This document shows, piece after piece, positions 18,301-26,333 of a stretch of 64,000 bases of DNA (position 1 is its first letter; every line of letters begins with the position of its first letter). A program made the translations under genes and the position numbers. Location: the NCBI GenBank assembly GCA_963662655.2, contig CAXXTU010000002.1:3232001-3296000 (forward strand), read 5' to 3'. This stretch comes from Candidatus Cloacimonadales bacterium (GTDB lineage: Bacteria; Cloacimonadota; Cloacimonadia; Cloacimonadales; JAIOQZ01). The notes under the pieces were generated by a model. It did not search any database. It saw nothing but the letters and a program-made list of their open reading frames with translations, and had not been told where the DNA came from.

Positions 18301-20036
18301 GCGGTGTAGGGCATACCACCGCCGAAATGAAGATGCTTTCAACCTATATCGATGCCGGCTGGGACTTTGTGTCCGAATCGGATAACGGCTCAGATGACTA
18401 CTGGGATATGGACATATACAACACGTACAGCGATGGTTACCCGTATCTTTCCTGGCAGGATGGCGATGGGCAATCGATGTGTGTCGTTCAGGGTAGCGGA
18501 ACCACGGAAGACCCATACCTGATCGGCTTGTCGGCAGAATTGCAGTGGATGAGCAGATTCCCCTCCGAGTGGGATAAATGCTTCCGGCAGATTGCCGACA
18601 TCGACGCCGGCGATACGGAGAACTGGGACAACGGAAAGGGATTCAGCCCCGTCGGAAACACCAGTACAGCGTTTTCCGGTGAATATGACGGTCAGGGATA
18701 CAGCATTGACGGGCTATTCATCTATCGGGATTCGACGAACGAAAATGGGCTGTTCGGTCAGGTTACCGGCGGTACGATTTCGAACCTCAATGTGCTGAAT
18801 TGCAATATTACCGGCAAGTATCGTACAGGCGCAGTTGTCGCTTCCTGTCAGGATGCCACGATCGTGAACTGCTTGTCGTCCGGTATCGTCAGCACGAGTA
18901 ACGGCGGTGGCGGCATCGTGGGAAGAATGCGTGAGACTACGATCGAATACTGCGGTTCATCAGTAGATGTGAGTTCTTATAGTAGCAGTGGCAAAAACTG
19001 TGGCGGCCTGGTGGGGATTACCTCGCTGGACTGTGTCATCAGTAACTGCTATGCACACGGAACTGTCGAAGCGTGTAATTTTTGTGGTGGACTGATCGGC
19101 GACATGGAGGACACGGATATCGAATACTGCTACAGCAAAGGTGCCGTGACGGCCACTTCAACACCCGTCGGCGGATTGATCGGCGATATCTCGGGAGAGT
19201 ATGCTGTTATTGGCTGTTTCTGGGATACCGGGACATCCGGGCAGAGCACGAGTCCAGCAGGAACCGGCAAGACAACCGCCGAGATGCAGACGCTCTCCAC
19301 CTACACGGACGCAGGCTGGGATTTCCTTGGTGAATCCGATAACGGAACCGATGATATCTGGTTGATTTCAGCTGGTAATTACCCGGTATTCAATGATCTA
19401 ATCGCTCCGGTCATCACGGCGATTGAAGACGTTCCGAACGACCAGGGACATCAGGTCGTGGTCTATTGGAGCGAAGCCGGAACGGACACACACGAAGACC
19501 CCGAATCCTGCTACAAGTTGTATCGAGAGGTTGGCGACGACTTCGAACTTGTGGCAACGATCCCGGATGACGGAACCGAATATTCCTGTATCATAGCGAC
19601 GCTTGCCGATTCCAGCGCCGTACAAGCACCGGAAGAATATATGGCGACAATCAAGGTGGCTTACGTATGGAGTGGAGGCAGTATAGAGTCTGCAACCGCA
19701 AACGGGTACTCGATCGATAACATCGCACCGTATGCGACTACTGGCGTGACCCTGGTATTAAACAGCACTCGTAACAATTCCGCGAGGCGATCAAACGGTG
19801 GTTCGCGCACCCAATCTGCTATTCTCAGTTGGTCCGAGGTCACCGAGGGCGGCTTTGGCGGCAACAGCTATCCCGAGCAGAACGGCGTCTGGTATCGTGT
19901 GTACGCAGGTGAAATGCCCGAATTCGTATGTGACGAGACGACACTGCTCGGAACGACACAAAATACGAGTTATGAGATAACATCTATGGACTCGGGCAGA
20001 AAATTCTTCAGGATTGTGGTGAGCGATCAACCGTAG
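15324..20036 (+). CDS. Secreted GLUG-motif repeat surface protein (4 modules)
   Basis: Same architecture as 11483..15310; ends RKFFRIVVSDQP. Confidence 0.88.
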   Translation: MRFRTFLFISIFVFSVNLFAFAGGDGSEGNPYQVSTVNDLQDCQNFLTSHFIQICDIDASETSGWNDGAGFSPIGDDSNMFRGYYDGQGYTIDGLYIDRPSRNYTGFFGKVRNCELQNIRFENCSITGAMCVGALAGDGSNIYVSGCYVDGTVSGSEYVGSVVGHTGDDSLIQNCSSNGSATSSGRQVAGITAYLGQLSSIKRCCNTAQVYSPSRCGGIAGLCAGNSSIQCCYNTGAIIGDSIMGGIVGKTYGTSFVQCYSTGYVSSGTNSGGLSGQSSGSSYNACFWNVESSYQSTSAGGIGLTRAEMNTLSTYTDAGWDFVSETANGTNDYWDMDIYGDAYYRYPSLAWEDGDAQYLYVPSGSGIESDPYRIESIEHLAWLSASISDWDAYFIQTCDIDAAPASSWHDGEGFFPIGNVETAFSGHYDGQGYAIDGLNINRPDDYDVALFGRINGGGSIENLHMTNVDITGNSTVGGLAGYIGEGSRVNGCSVTGNVTAQSYSGLLVASVYSGSTVSDSWAQGVLNVAGDYAGGIACSMSDSSSVARCYTDVTVSGADYVGGLIGRTRASDVIDCYSMGSATGENGVGGSIGYIFGGTLTNSFSTATVSGTSIGARSGGLIGLTYGSTVQDCYATGDVTQSNQAGGLIGSIMDTDVIHCYSTGSVECNGDSHGGMVGITDELSVCTDSFWNTESSGQSESHGGEGKTTAEMKSLYMYHSYGWDFVSEHSNGTADTWDIDLNGSCNGGYPVLSWETGEPYLAGPSGSGTSSSPYLIEQLTDLWWISVNNDKWSKVYLQTADIDATDTASWYQGNGLPRIGISSGSAFSGTYDGGNHTIRNLHMVSTNTWGLGLFSYCNGAHVRNLGVIDADVDGYYNVGVIAGDFHSSTMDRCYASGHTDGFGVVGGVVGKVSNSSISDSYNHATVHGDWSAGGFASWWVNTIYDRTFTNCYSIGRVTSSGTKGGFLGSNDTGRSLPTCFWDTETSGRTTSEGGVGHTTAEMKMLSTYIDAGWDFVSESDNGSDDYWDMDIYNTYSDGYPYLSWQDGDGQSMCVVQGSGTTEDPYLIGLSAELQWMSRFPSEWDKCFRQIADIDAGDTENWDNGKGFSPVGNTSTAFSGEYDGQGYSIDGLFIYRDSTNENGLFGQVTGGTISNLNVLNCNITGKYRTGAVVASCQDATIVNCLSSGIVSTSNGGGGIVGRMRETTIEYCGSSVDVSSYSSSGKNCGGLVGITSLDCVISNCYAHGTVEACNFCGGLIGDMEDTDIEYCYSKGAVTATSTPVGGLIGDISGEYAVIGCFWDTGTSGQSTSPAGTGKTTAEMQTLSTYTDAGWDFLGESDNGTDDIWLISAGNYPVFNDLIAPVITAIEDVPNDQGHQVVVYWSEAGTDTHEDPESCYKLYREVGDDFELVATIPDDGTEYSCIIATLADSSAVQAPEEYMATIKVAYVWSGGSIESATANGYSIDNIAPYATTGVTLVLNSTRNNSARRSNGGSRTQSAILSWSEVTEGGFGGNSYPEQNGVWYRVYAGEMPEFVCDETTLLGTTQNTSYEITSMDSGRKFFRIVVSDQP

Positions 20037-20057
20037 ATAGCTGAAATCCTTTCATCT

Positions 20058-20085
20058 AAGGCCCGTTAACCGACGGGCCTTCTTC
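20058..20085 (+). terminator. Intrinsic terminator
   Basis: AAGGCCCGT-TAACCG-ACGGGCCTT followed by CTTC. Confidence 0.6.
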
Positions 20086-20213
20086 GTTCATTATGAATAT
20101 CTGTTTCAAACACGGGTGAATGAAAGTGATCCTGGATTATAGTATTTTCTTGACGGACATTCATAATGGTTGTAAAAATTTACAAAATTCTATGATATCT
20201 TGGAGGTAATAGG

Positions 20214-22898
20214 ATGATAAGGAAAACTCTGGTTTCACTTCTGTTCCTGTTTGTTTGCATAACGCTTGTAGCGTTTGCCGGGGGAGACGGCTCTCAATCG
20301 ACGCCGTATCAGGTAAGTACGCTTGCTGAATTGCAGGATGTCGCGAATCATCTCGATAGCAATTTCATTCAGATAGCGGATATCGACGCAAGCGAAACGA
20401 GCGGCTGGAACGGTGGCGCTGGCTTCGATCCCATCGGCTCGCCCAGCGTTCCCTTCACCGGTCGCTACAATGGCCAGGGTTACGAGATCAGCAATCTGTT
20501 CATCGACCGTACGTCGTCCTCAAACATCGGCTTGTTCGGAGGAACGAGCGACGCCGAACTTTGGAACATCATTCTCGTTGATGGCGAAGTGATGGGAAAC
20601 GATCGCACCGGCGGCATCGTAGGCGCCATGTTGAACAGCACCATCAGAGATTGCTTTTCATCCGGCGTTGTTTCAGGCGACTTCTCGGTTGGTGGTATAG
20701 GAGGCAGAATCACTGGCGGATTTGCCATCGGATGCTACAGCATCGCGACCACATCTTGTGTCCTCACCGGCGAGCGAACCGGCGGGTTGTTCGGTCACGC
20801 CCTAACGGCGGCCTCCATCACGAACTGCTACTCGCGAGGCGCGGTCAACGGCGATAACAAGGTCGGCGGCCTGGTCGGCGAACTCGATCACGCAAGCATC
20901 GACCGTTGCTACAGCACCGGTCAGGTGACTTGTCTGGGGGACGATCGTGGCGGCCTGGTGGGTTCTGTAGGAGATTCTTGCGCTGTCACATTGTCGTATT
21001 GGGATACTGAAACATCCGGGCAGGATTCCAGCCCCGTTGGAACCGGGAAAACAAGCGAGGAGATGAAATATTTTTACATGTACCACGGCGCTGGATGGGA
21101 CTTTGTGGCGGAAACGCAGCGGGGAACCAACAATTACTGGGATATCGACACGAGTGGCGCAGAGAATGACGGCTATCCCTGCCTCGCATGGGAAAACGGC
21201 TATGATAACTACCTGCAGGCCCCGGCCGGAAGCGGCACGAATGCCAGCCCCTATCAGATTACGACGCTGTTCGATTTGTTCTGGATATCGGCAAACAGCA
21301 ACCAGTGGAATAAAAACTACCTCCAAATCGCTGATATCGATGCCAGCGACACCCGGAACTGGAACAGCGGAGCCGGATTCAAGCCGATTGGCGCAAGCCC
21401 CAGTAACTACTTCGGTGGTGTCTATGATGGTGGAGGCTTCGTGATAGATGGTCTGTACAGCTATCGATATCAGGACTTGGAAGGTATGTTCGGATTTTGC
21501 TATCAAGCCGCGTTCAGGAATCTCAACCTCACCAATGCTGAAATCGATGGGACTCACGACACAGGAACAATTGCCGCAACGCTTCGATATTCAACCATGG
21601 AGAACTGCCACAGCAGCGGAATCGTAACCTCCACATACTATGCGGGAGGGCTTATCGGATACGGTAATCACGCCAGTATTATTTCCTGTTCTTCTTCGGC
21701 GGATGCGTCAGGAGTATTCGAAAGTGGTGGACTGATAGACAATACCTCTGCCTGCGTAATTTCACGATGCTGGGCTACTGGCTCGGTGAATGGCAATAGC
21801 AGTGGAGGTCTCGTCGGCGCTCTGGGCAGCTCAACGATCGATAATTGCTTCAGTTCGGGCCAGGTGAGTGGAGACCGTGCAGGTGGCTTCGTCGGCGAAA
21901 CATACGGCGGCGCTTCATCAATTGAGTACTGCTACAGCACCGGCGCTGTCACAGGGAGCAGTCCGAAGGGATTTCTGAGTTCTGGGCAATGCGGGATAAC
22001 GTCTTGCTTCTGGGACACCGAAACATCAGGCCAATCCACCAGCAATGGCGGAACGGGACACACAACCGCCGAGATGCAGACGCTTTCGACGTACATCGAC
22101 GCTGGCTGGGACATGGCTGGTGAAGGGATAAACGGCACTGAGGACATCTGGGTGATATTTCCGGGCGAGTATCCCTCTTTCACATCCGGACTCGAGCCCG
22201 TGATCACCGCAGCCGTTGATATCCCGGCCGATCAGGGACACAAGCTCCAGCTGGTTTGGGACCGCGCGGCCCTTGATACCTCCTACAGCCCCAGCAATTT
22301 CTATACAGTCTGGCAGCTCGTTGGAAGTCCCCGCGCCATCGCGCCCGGTGCAGTCGTCATCGAAAGCCCGGCGGATTTCTCTTCGCACGTGGCTGACGAT
22401 ACGCATCCGGTGATTCTGCATGACCGAGACAGCTACTGGGCATGGTTGGCCACCATCCCCGCAATGATCTATCCGCAGTATGCGTATTTCGCGGCAACCC
22501 TTGTCGATTCGAGCGAGGCACTTGCTCCGGAGGATTACACCTCCACATACCATGTGTGCTACCATTACGATGTCAGCTATCTTACATCCAACGAAATGTC
22601 TGGATACTCGGTGGACAACATCGCGCCGTATGCGGCGAGAGGCGTGAGACTGGCCTTTGACGAAGGCCGCACCAGCTCAGCTACGCTTCGCTGGGACGAG
22701 ATCACCGAGGGCGGCTTTGGCGGCAATAGCTATCCGGAGCAAAACGGTGTCTGGTACCGCGTCTACGCAGGTGATTTGCCCGATTTTGTATGCGATGAGG
22801 CTCATCTACTTGAAACTACGCAGAATACGAGCTATGAGATAACATCTATGGACTCGGGCAGAAAATTCTTCAAGATCGTGGTGAGCGATCAGCCGTAA
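20214..22898 (+). CDS. Secreted GLUG-motif repeat surface protein (2 modules)
   Basis: GGAGG RBS; same architecture; ends RKFFKIVVSDQP. Confidence 0.88.
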   Translation: MIRKTLVSLLFLFVCITLVAFAGGDGSQSTPYQVSTLAELQDVANHLDSNFIQIADIDASETSGWNGGAGFDPIGSPSVPFTGRYNGQGYEISNLFIDRTSSSNIGLFGGTSDAELWNIILVDGEVMGNDRTGGIVGAMLNSTIRDCFSSGVVSGDFSVGGIGGRITGGFAIGCYSIATTSCVLTGERTGGLFGHALTAASITNCYSRGAVNGDNKVGGLVGELDHASIDRCYSTGQVTCLGDDRGGLVGSVGDSCAVTLSYWDTETSGQDSSPVGTGKTSEEMKYFYMYHGAGWDFVAETQRGTNNYWDIDTSGAENDGYPCLAWENGYDNYLQAPAGSGTNASPYQITTLFDLFWISANSNQWNKNYLQIADIDASDTRNWNSGAGFKPIGASPSNYFGGVYDGGGFVIDGLYSYRYQDLEGMFGFCYQAAFRNLNLTNAEIDGTHDTGTIAATLRYSTMENCHSSGIVTSTYYAGGLIGYGNHASIISCSSSADASGVFESGGLIDNTSACVISRCWATGSVNGNSSGGLVGALGSSTIDNCFSSGQVSGDRAGGFVGETYGGASSIEYCYSTGAVTGSSPKGFLSSGQCGITSCFWDTETSGQSTSNGGTGHTTAEMQTLSTYIDAGWDMAGEGINGTEDIWVIFPGEYPSFTSGLEPVITAAVDIPADQGHKLQLVWDRAALDTSYSPSNFYTVWQLVGSPRAIAPGAVVIESPADFSSHVADDTHPVILHDRDSYWAWLATIPAMIYPQYAYFAATLVDSSEALAPEDYTSTYHVCYHYDVSYLTSNEMSGYSVDNIAPYAARGVRLAFDEGRTSSATLRWDEITEGGFGGNSYPEQNGVWYRVYAGDLPDFVCDEAHLLETTQNTSYEITSMDSGRKFFKIVVSDQP

Positions 22899-22911
22899 AG
22901 CTCATTTGCAT

Positions 22912-22945
22912 AAAAAAACTCGCCGGTTTGATGCCGGCGAGTTTT
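22912..22945. terminator. Bidirectional intrinsic terminator
   Basis: AAAACTCGCCGG-TTTGATG-CCGGCGAGTTTT between convergent genes. Confidence 0.75.
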
Positions 22946-22968
22946 GCATTTACACTTTTAAAAAAAGG

Positions 22969-24123
22969 TTACTTGAACTCTTCCTCGCCCTCGAAACTAC
23001 GATACGGATCGAAGCTCGTGAGGATTTTCTCGTCGTCTTCGGAAAACTCACCTGCAACGATGCGCGCGACAAGCTCGCCCATTCCCGGTCCCAGCATGAA
23101 TCCCTGGCCGCACATGCCCACGTTGTGAACGTAGTTGTCGTAGTCTTTCGTCTTGCCGACGATGGGGAATCCGTCCGGGGTCATGGGATACTGCCCACGC
23201 CAGGTTCTGCGGACTTTGAGATTTGCCAGCCGCGGATACAGGTCGAGCATGCGGACCGCAACCTGCGGCAGGAATACGGAAGTGGAATCCTGATCGATAT
23301 CGTAGATTGGCGGTTTCGGGGTGATACAGAAGATCACCTGTCCCTGTATACTCTGGTAGAAGTAGTAGTTCACCGAGTCGTCGACGGGACGCATATCCAC
23401 CACCATCGGGCCGAAGAAACGCTTTACCGGCTCGGTGATAGCTGCTTCATGGGTGTCCGGCTTGACCGGGATATCGATGTTCAGCAATTTTCCGATGGCT
23501 CTTGCACTGTTGCCGGATGCATTCACCACCCAATCGCATGCGTACGTTGCTTTATCGGTCTTCACGGATGTGATGTGACGATCATTCCTCTCGAATCCCG
23601 TAACGCTTTCGTTGAATCTGAATTCGACTCCAAGTTCCCGTGCGCGGAAGTAGTATGCGCTCATCGCGAGAAGGGGAGATGCGCTGCCGTCGTCAGGTGA
23701 ATATGTCGAGCCACGCAGGCCATTCATGTTGATTCCTGGAACCAGCTCGTTGTATTCCTCGGGTGACAGCCAGTCGATATTGAGCCCGAACGACTTCTGT
23801 ACCTTCAGGAGGTCTTTGAGCTTCTTCTCGTCCGCTTCATTGTATGCGGGATAGCTGTATCCGTTCTTCAGCCAGTCGATGCCATGCCCGTATTTCTCTT
23901 TCCAGGTGGAGAATATCTCGATGCTTCTCAGGCTGATCTGTATTTTACCATAGTCGGAGTGCGTTGCGCGGATGCCGCCAATCGCCTTCTTGTTGTTTTC
24001 CTGTCCCGGAGAAGCCTGGCGATCGATCACAACGACCTTCATTCCCTTTTCGGCAAGCGAGATCGCGGTGGGAACACCGACACTTCCTGCGCCAATTACT
24101 ACAACATCGTAAATCTCGGACAT
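22969..24123 (-). CDS. FAD-dependent oxidoreductase, DAO family (sarcosine oxidase beta / proline dehydrogenase beta-like)
   Basis: DVVVIGAGSVG, TPDGFPIVG, GMCGQGFMLGPG; start MSEIYD overlaps the upstream stop. Confidence 0.88.
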   Translation of the reverse strand: MSEIYDVVVIGAGSVGVPTAISLAEKGMKVVVIDRQASPGQENNKKAIGGIRATHSDYGKIQISLRSIEIFSTWKEKYGHGIDWLKNGYSYPAYNEADEKKLKDLLKVQKSFGLNIDWLSPEEYNELVPGINMNGLRGSTYSPDDGSASPLLAMSAYYFRARELGVEFRFNESVTGFERNDRHITSVKTDKATYACDWVVNASGNSARAIGKLLNIDIPVKPDTHEAAITEPVKRFFGPMVVDMRPVDDSVNYYFYQSIQGQVIFCITPKPPIYDIDQDSTSVFLPQVAVRMLDLYPRLANLKVRRTWRGQYPMTPDGFPIVGKTKDYDNYVHNVGMCGQGFMLGPGMGELVARIVAGEFSEDDEKILTSFDPYRSFEGEEEFK

Positions 24124-26198
24124 TACTCTTCTCCCTTCCCTTGTGCAAAGACACTGAGCGGTACTTCCACGAAAACCGGTCGAATGGTGTGAGGTACGAC
24201 GTTCTCCGCTGGAACGCCCTCCTCCCTGAACACCTGCTTCAAAAGGACATCGCAGGTTTTGCTTCCGCAAGGCCCCATCCCCATGTGGGTAATGGCCTTG
24301 ATATGATTGATATCGGTGATTCCTTCCCGGATGAGCTTGCGAACTTCACCCGCGGTTACGCGTTCGCACAGGCAGATCATCGCGTCGTCGGCAGTTTTCT
24401 CGATGATAATCGGTTGCGAGAGCGGTGCGGAAACTTCCTCCGGCTGGATACGGATGCCCACGATCTTCTTGGCGATGGCCTTCGGCGCTGCCACTTTCAC
24501 CAACTGGGTTTTGCGGTTCTTCACGGTGGTGATTGCGGAGACTTCAAGCTCGGCCAGCTTGTTGCCGTCGATATCCGTAACCTGGATCGCATCGCCCTTC
24601 ACGATGGGCTGGTTGCCGACTTCGTACGGCAGGGTAACGGTAGGATTATCCGCGTCTTTGCGGTAATCGACAAGTGTGATTGCCAGTCCCGGGCAGATTG
24701 CTACGCACTGCCCGCAGCCGATGCATTCACCTTCGTAGTATGGATTGCCCATGATGGGGTCGCCGTCCAGATGGATCGCGCCCGTGGGGCAGATGGATGT
24801 GCATGGATTGCAGGGAATTTCCTGAATGCAATGCGTGATGGGGAATACGCCGTATTCTTCTGGATGAACGCGTTGTGGCTTGATCGGTCCCGGGTGCTTC
24901 TTGAGCACTTCGGCCTTCTCGTACCAACTTTGCGGGATGTTGCCCGATTGCTCCTGCATGTCGTCGGCGATCTGAAGTCCGGCGATCTTGCCGTTGAACA
25001 TCGCCGAGGAAGCCTCTGCGATTTCCGCCGCGTCACCGGCTGCGTACGTGGGGATTCCTGCTTTTTCTGCTTCTATAGTGAGTTCGTCGACGCTGCTGAG
25101 GCCCACCGCGATCAGAATGGTGTCGCAGGTGAAGGTCTTCTCGGTTCCGGCGATCGGTTTGAATTTCTCGTCGATCTGGGTGATGGTGATCGAATCAACC
25201 GATTCCTCGCCGTTCGCGGAGAGGATCGAGTGGGATGTATAGATGGGGACGCCGAGTCGCTTGAGTTTGTCTGCGTGGACCTTGTATCCGCCGCATCGTG
25301 GCATGGCTTCCACGAGTCCGACCACCTCGATATCTGCCTGAAGCGCGTGGTAGCCGGCGATCAGCCCGACGTTTCCTCCGCCGATGATGAAGAGCCGTTT
25401 GGTGGGACGCACGAGGTCGCGGTTGACCAGCGTCTGGAACGCGCCGGCTCCGTAGATGCCGGCGAGCGTATTTCCGGCGAACTTCAGGAACTTCTCACGT
25501 GCGCCGGCCGTGTTGAGAATGACCTTCGGTGAAACGAGTTTGTACACGCCGTCCTTGAGGACGCCGACCTTCTTGTCTTTGAACACGAAAAGCGCGGTGC
25601 TGTTCGCCCAGCAGGTTATGCTGGGATCATTCGAAGCTTGTTCCGCCAGCATCTTTCCGATGTCGTTTCCGCGCGTTCCGGCGTAGGAATCTTCCACGGA
25701 TCCGAAGAATTTATGCGTTTGCAGCACCAGCTTACCGCCGAGTTCGCTCTTGTCGTCGACGATCAACGTCGGGATGCCGCGTTTACCCAGTTCCAGGGCG
25801 GCCGAGAGTCCCGCGGGCCCTCCCCCGATGATCAGTACGTCGGTCGCGATTTCCTCGATCGGGCTGAGCTCGATCGCTTCCTTGATGTCCGGGAGCTCGG
25901 GCAATCCCTCGACGCTCTCGACGATCATGTTTTCTTCCACCGGCGTCATGCACGATTTCACAGGGATGCCGTTCGCGATGACCGCGCACTTGGCGCACTG
26001 GCCGTTCGCGCAGAAAATGCCCTGCGCGCTGCCGTCTTTCTCGTGGTGGCCGAAAATCTTGATGTCGTTGGCCATCAGCGCGGAGGATATGACCTCGCCA
26101 CGGCAGGCTGTCAGAGGGGTTTTGTTCCAGTAAAAGGTTATTTTGTCACATTCCTTCTGCGGAAGGATGGGATGTTCATGGATTCGATTCGTGTCCAT
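24123..26198 (-). CDS. Fused 2Fe-2S / FAD-NAD(P) oxidoreductase / 4Fe-4S / BFD-like protein (alpha-type subunit)
   Basis: CANGQCAKC, GGGPAG, GGGNVG, CNPCTSICP, CIGCGQCVAICP, CLCE...GPCGSKTC; GGAG RBS before MDTNRI. Confidence 0.87.
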   Translation of the reverse strand: MDTNRIHEHPILPQKECDKITFYWNKTPLTACRGEVISSALMANDIKIFGHHEKDGSAQGIFCANGQCAKCAVIANGIPVKSCMTPVEENMIVESVEGLPELPDIKEAIELSPIEEIATDVLIIGGGPAGLSAALELGKRGIPTLIVDDKSELGGKLVLQTHKFFGSVEDSYAGTRGNDIGKMLAEQASNDPSITCWANSTALFVFKDKKVGVLKDGVYKLVSPKVILNTAGAREKFLKFAGNTLAGIYGAGAFQTLVNRDLVRPTKRLFIIGGGNVGLIAGYHALQADIEVVGLVEAMPRCGGYKVHADKLKRLGVPIYTSHSILSANGEESVDSITITQIDEKFKPIAGTEKTFTCDTILIAVGLSSVDELTIEAEKAGIPTYAAGDAAEIAEASSAMFNGKIAGLQIADDMQEQSGNIPQSWYEKAEVLKKHPGPIKPQRVHPEEYGVFPITHCIQEIPCNPCTSICPTGAIHLDGDPIMGNPYYEGECIGCGQCVAICPGLAITLVDYRKDADNPTVTLPYEVGNQPIVKGDAIQVTDIDGNKLAELEVSAITTVKNRKTQLVKVAAPKAIAKKIVGIRIQPEEVSAPLSQPIIIEKTADDAMICLCERVTAGEVRKLIREGITDINHIKAITHMGMGPCGSKTCDVLLKQVFREEGVPAENVVPHTIRPVFVEVPLSVFAQGKGEE

Positions 26199-26333
26199 AC
26201 TCAACTCCTGAGGTACGATTGGAAACAAAAAAAAAGAGGTTGGAGCATTGTCAAGGAAAAGCGGGAAAACACGGTGCAACTTTCAGATGAGACCGGCCTG
26301 ATGCGTAAACGGAACGGGACGCCCAGACATTGG

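Noticed and set aside
11483..22898. Diversity-generating retroelement acting on the similar 3' ends
   Set aside because: No reverse transcriptase or non-coding template repeat is seen, and the differences are not adenine-specific
23964..25532. 522-aa + strand ORF
   Set aside because: Antisense shadow of the Fe-S oxidoreductase
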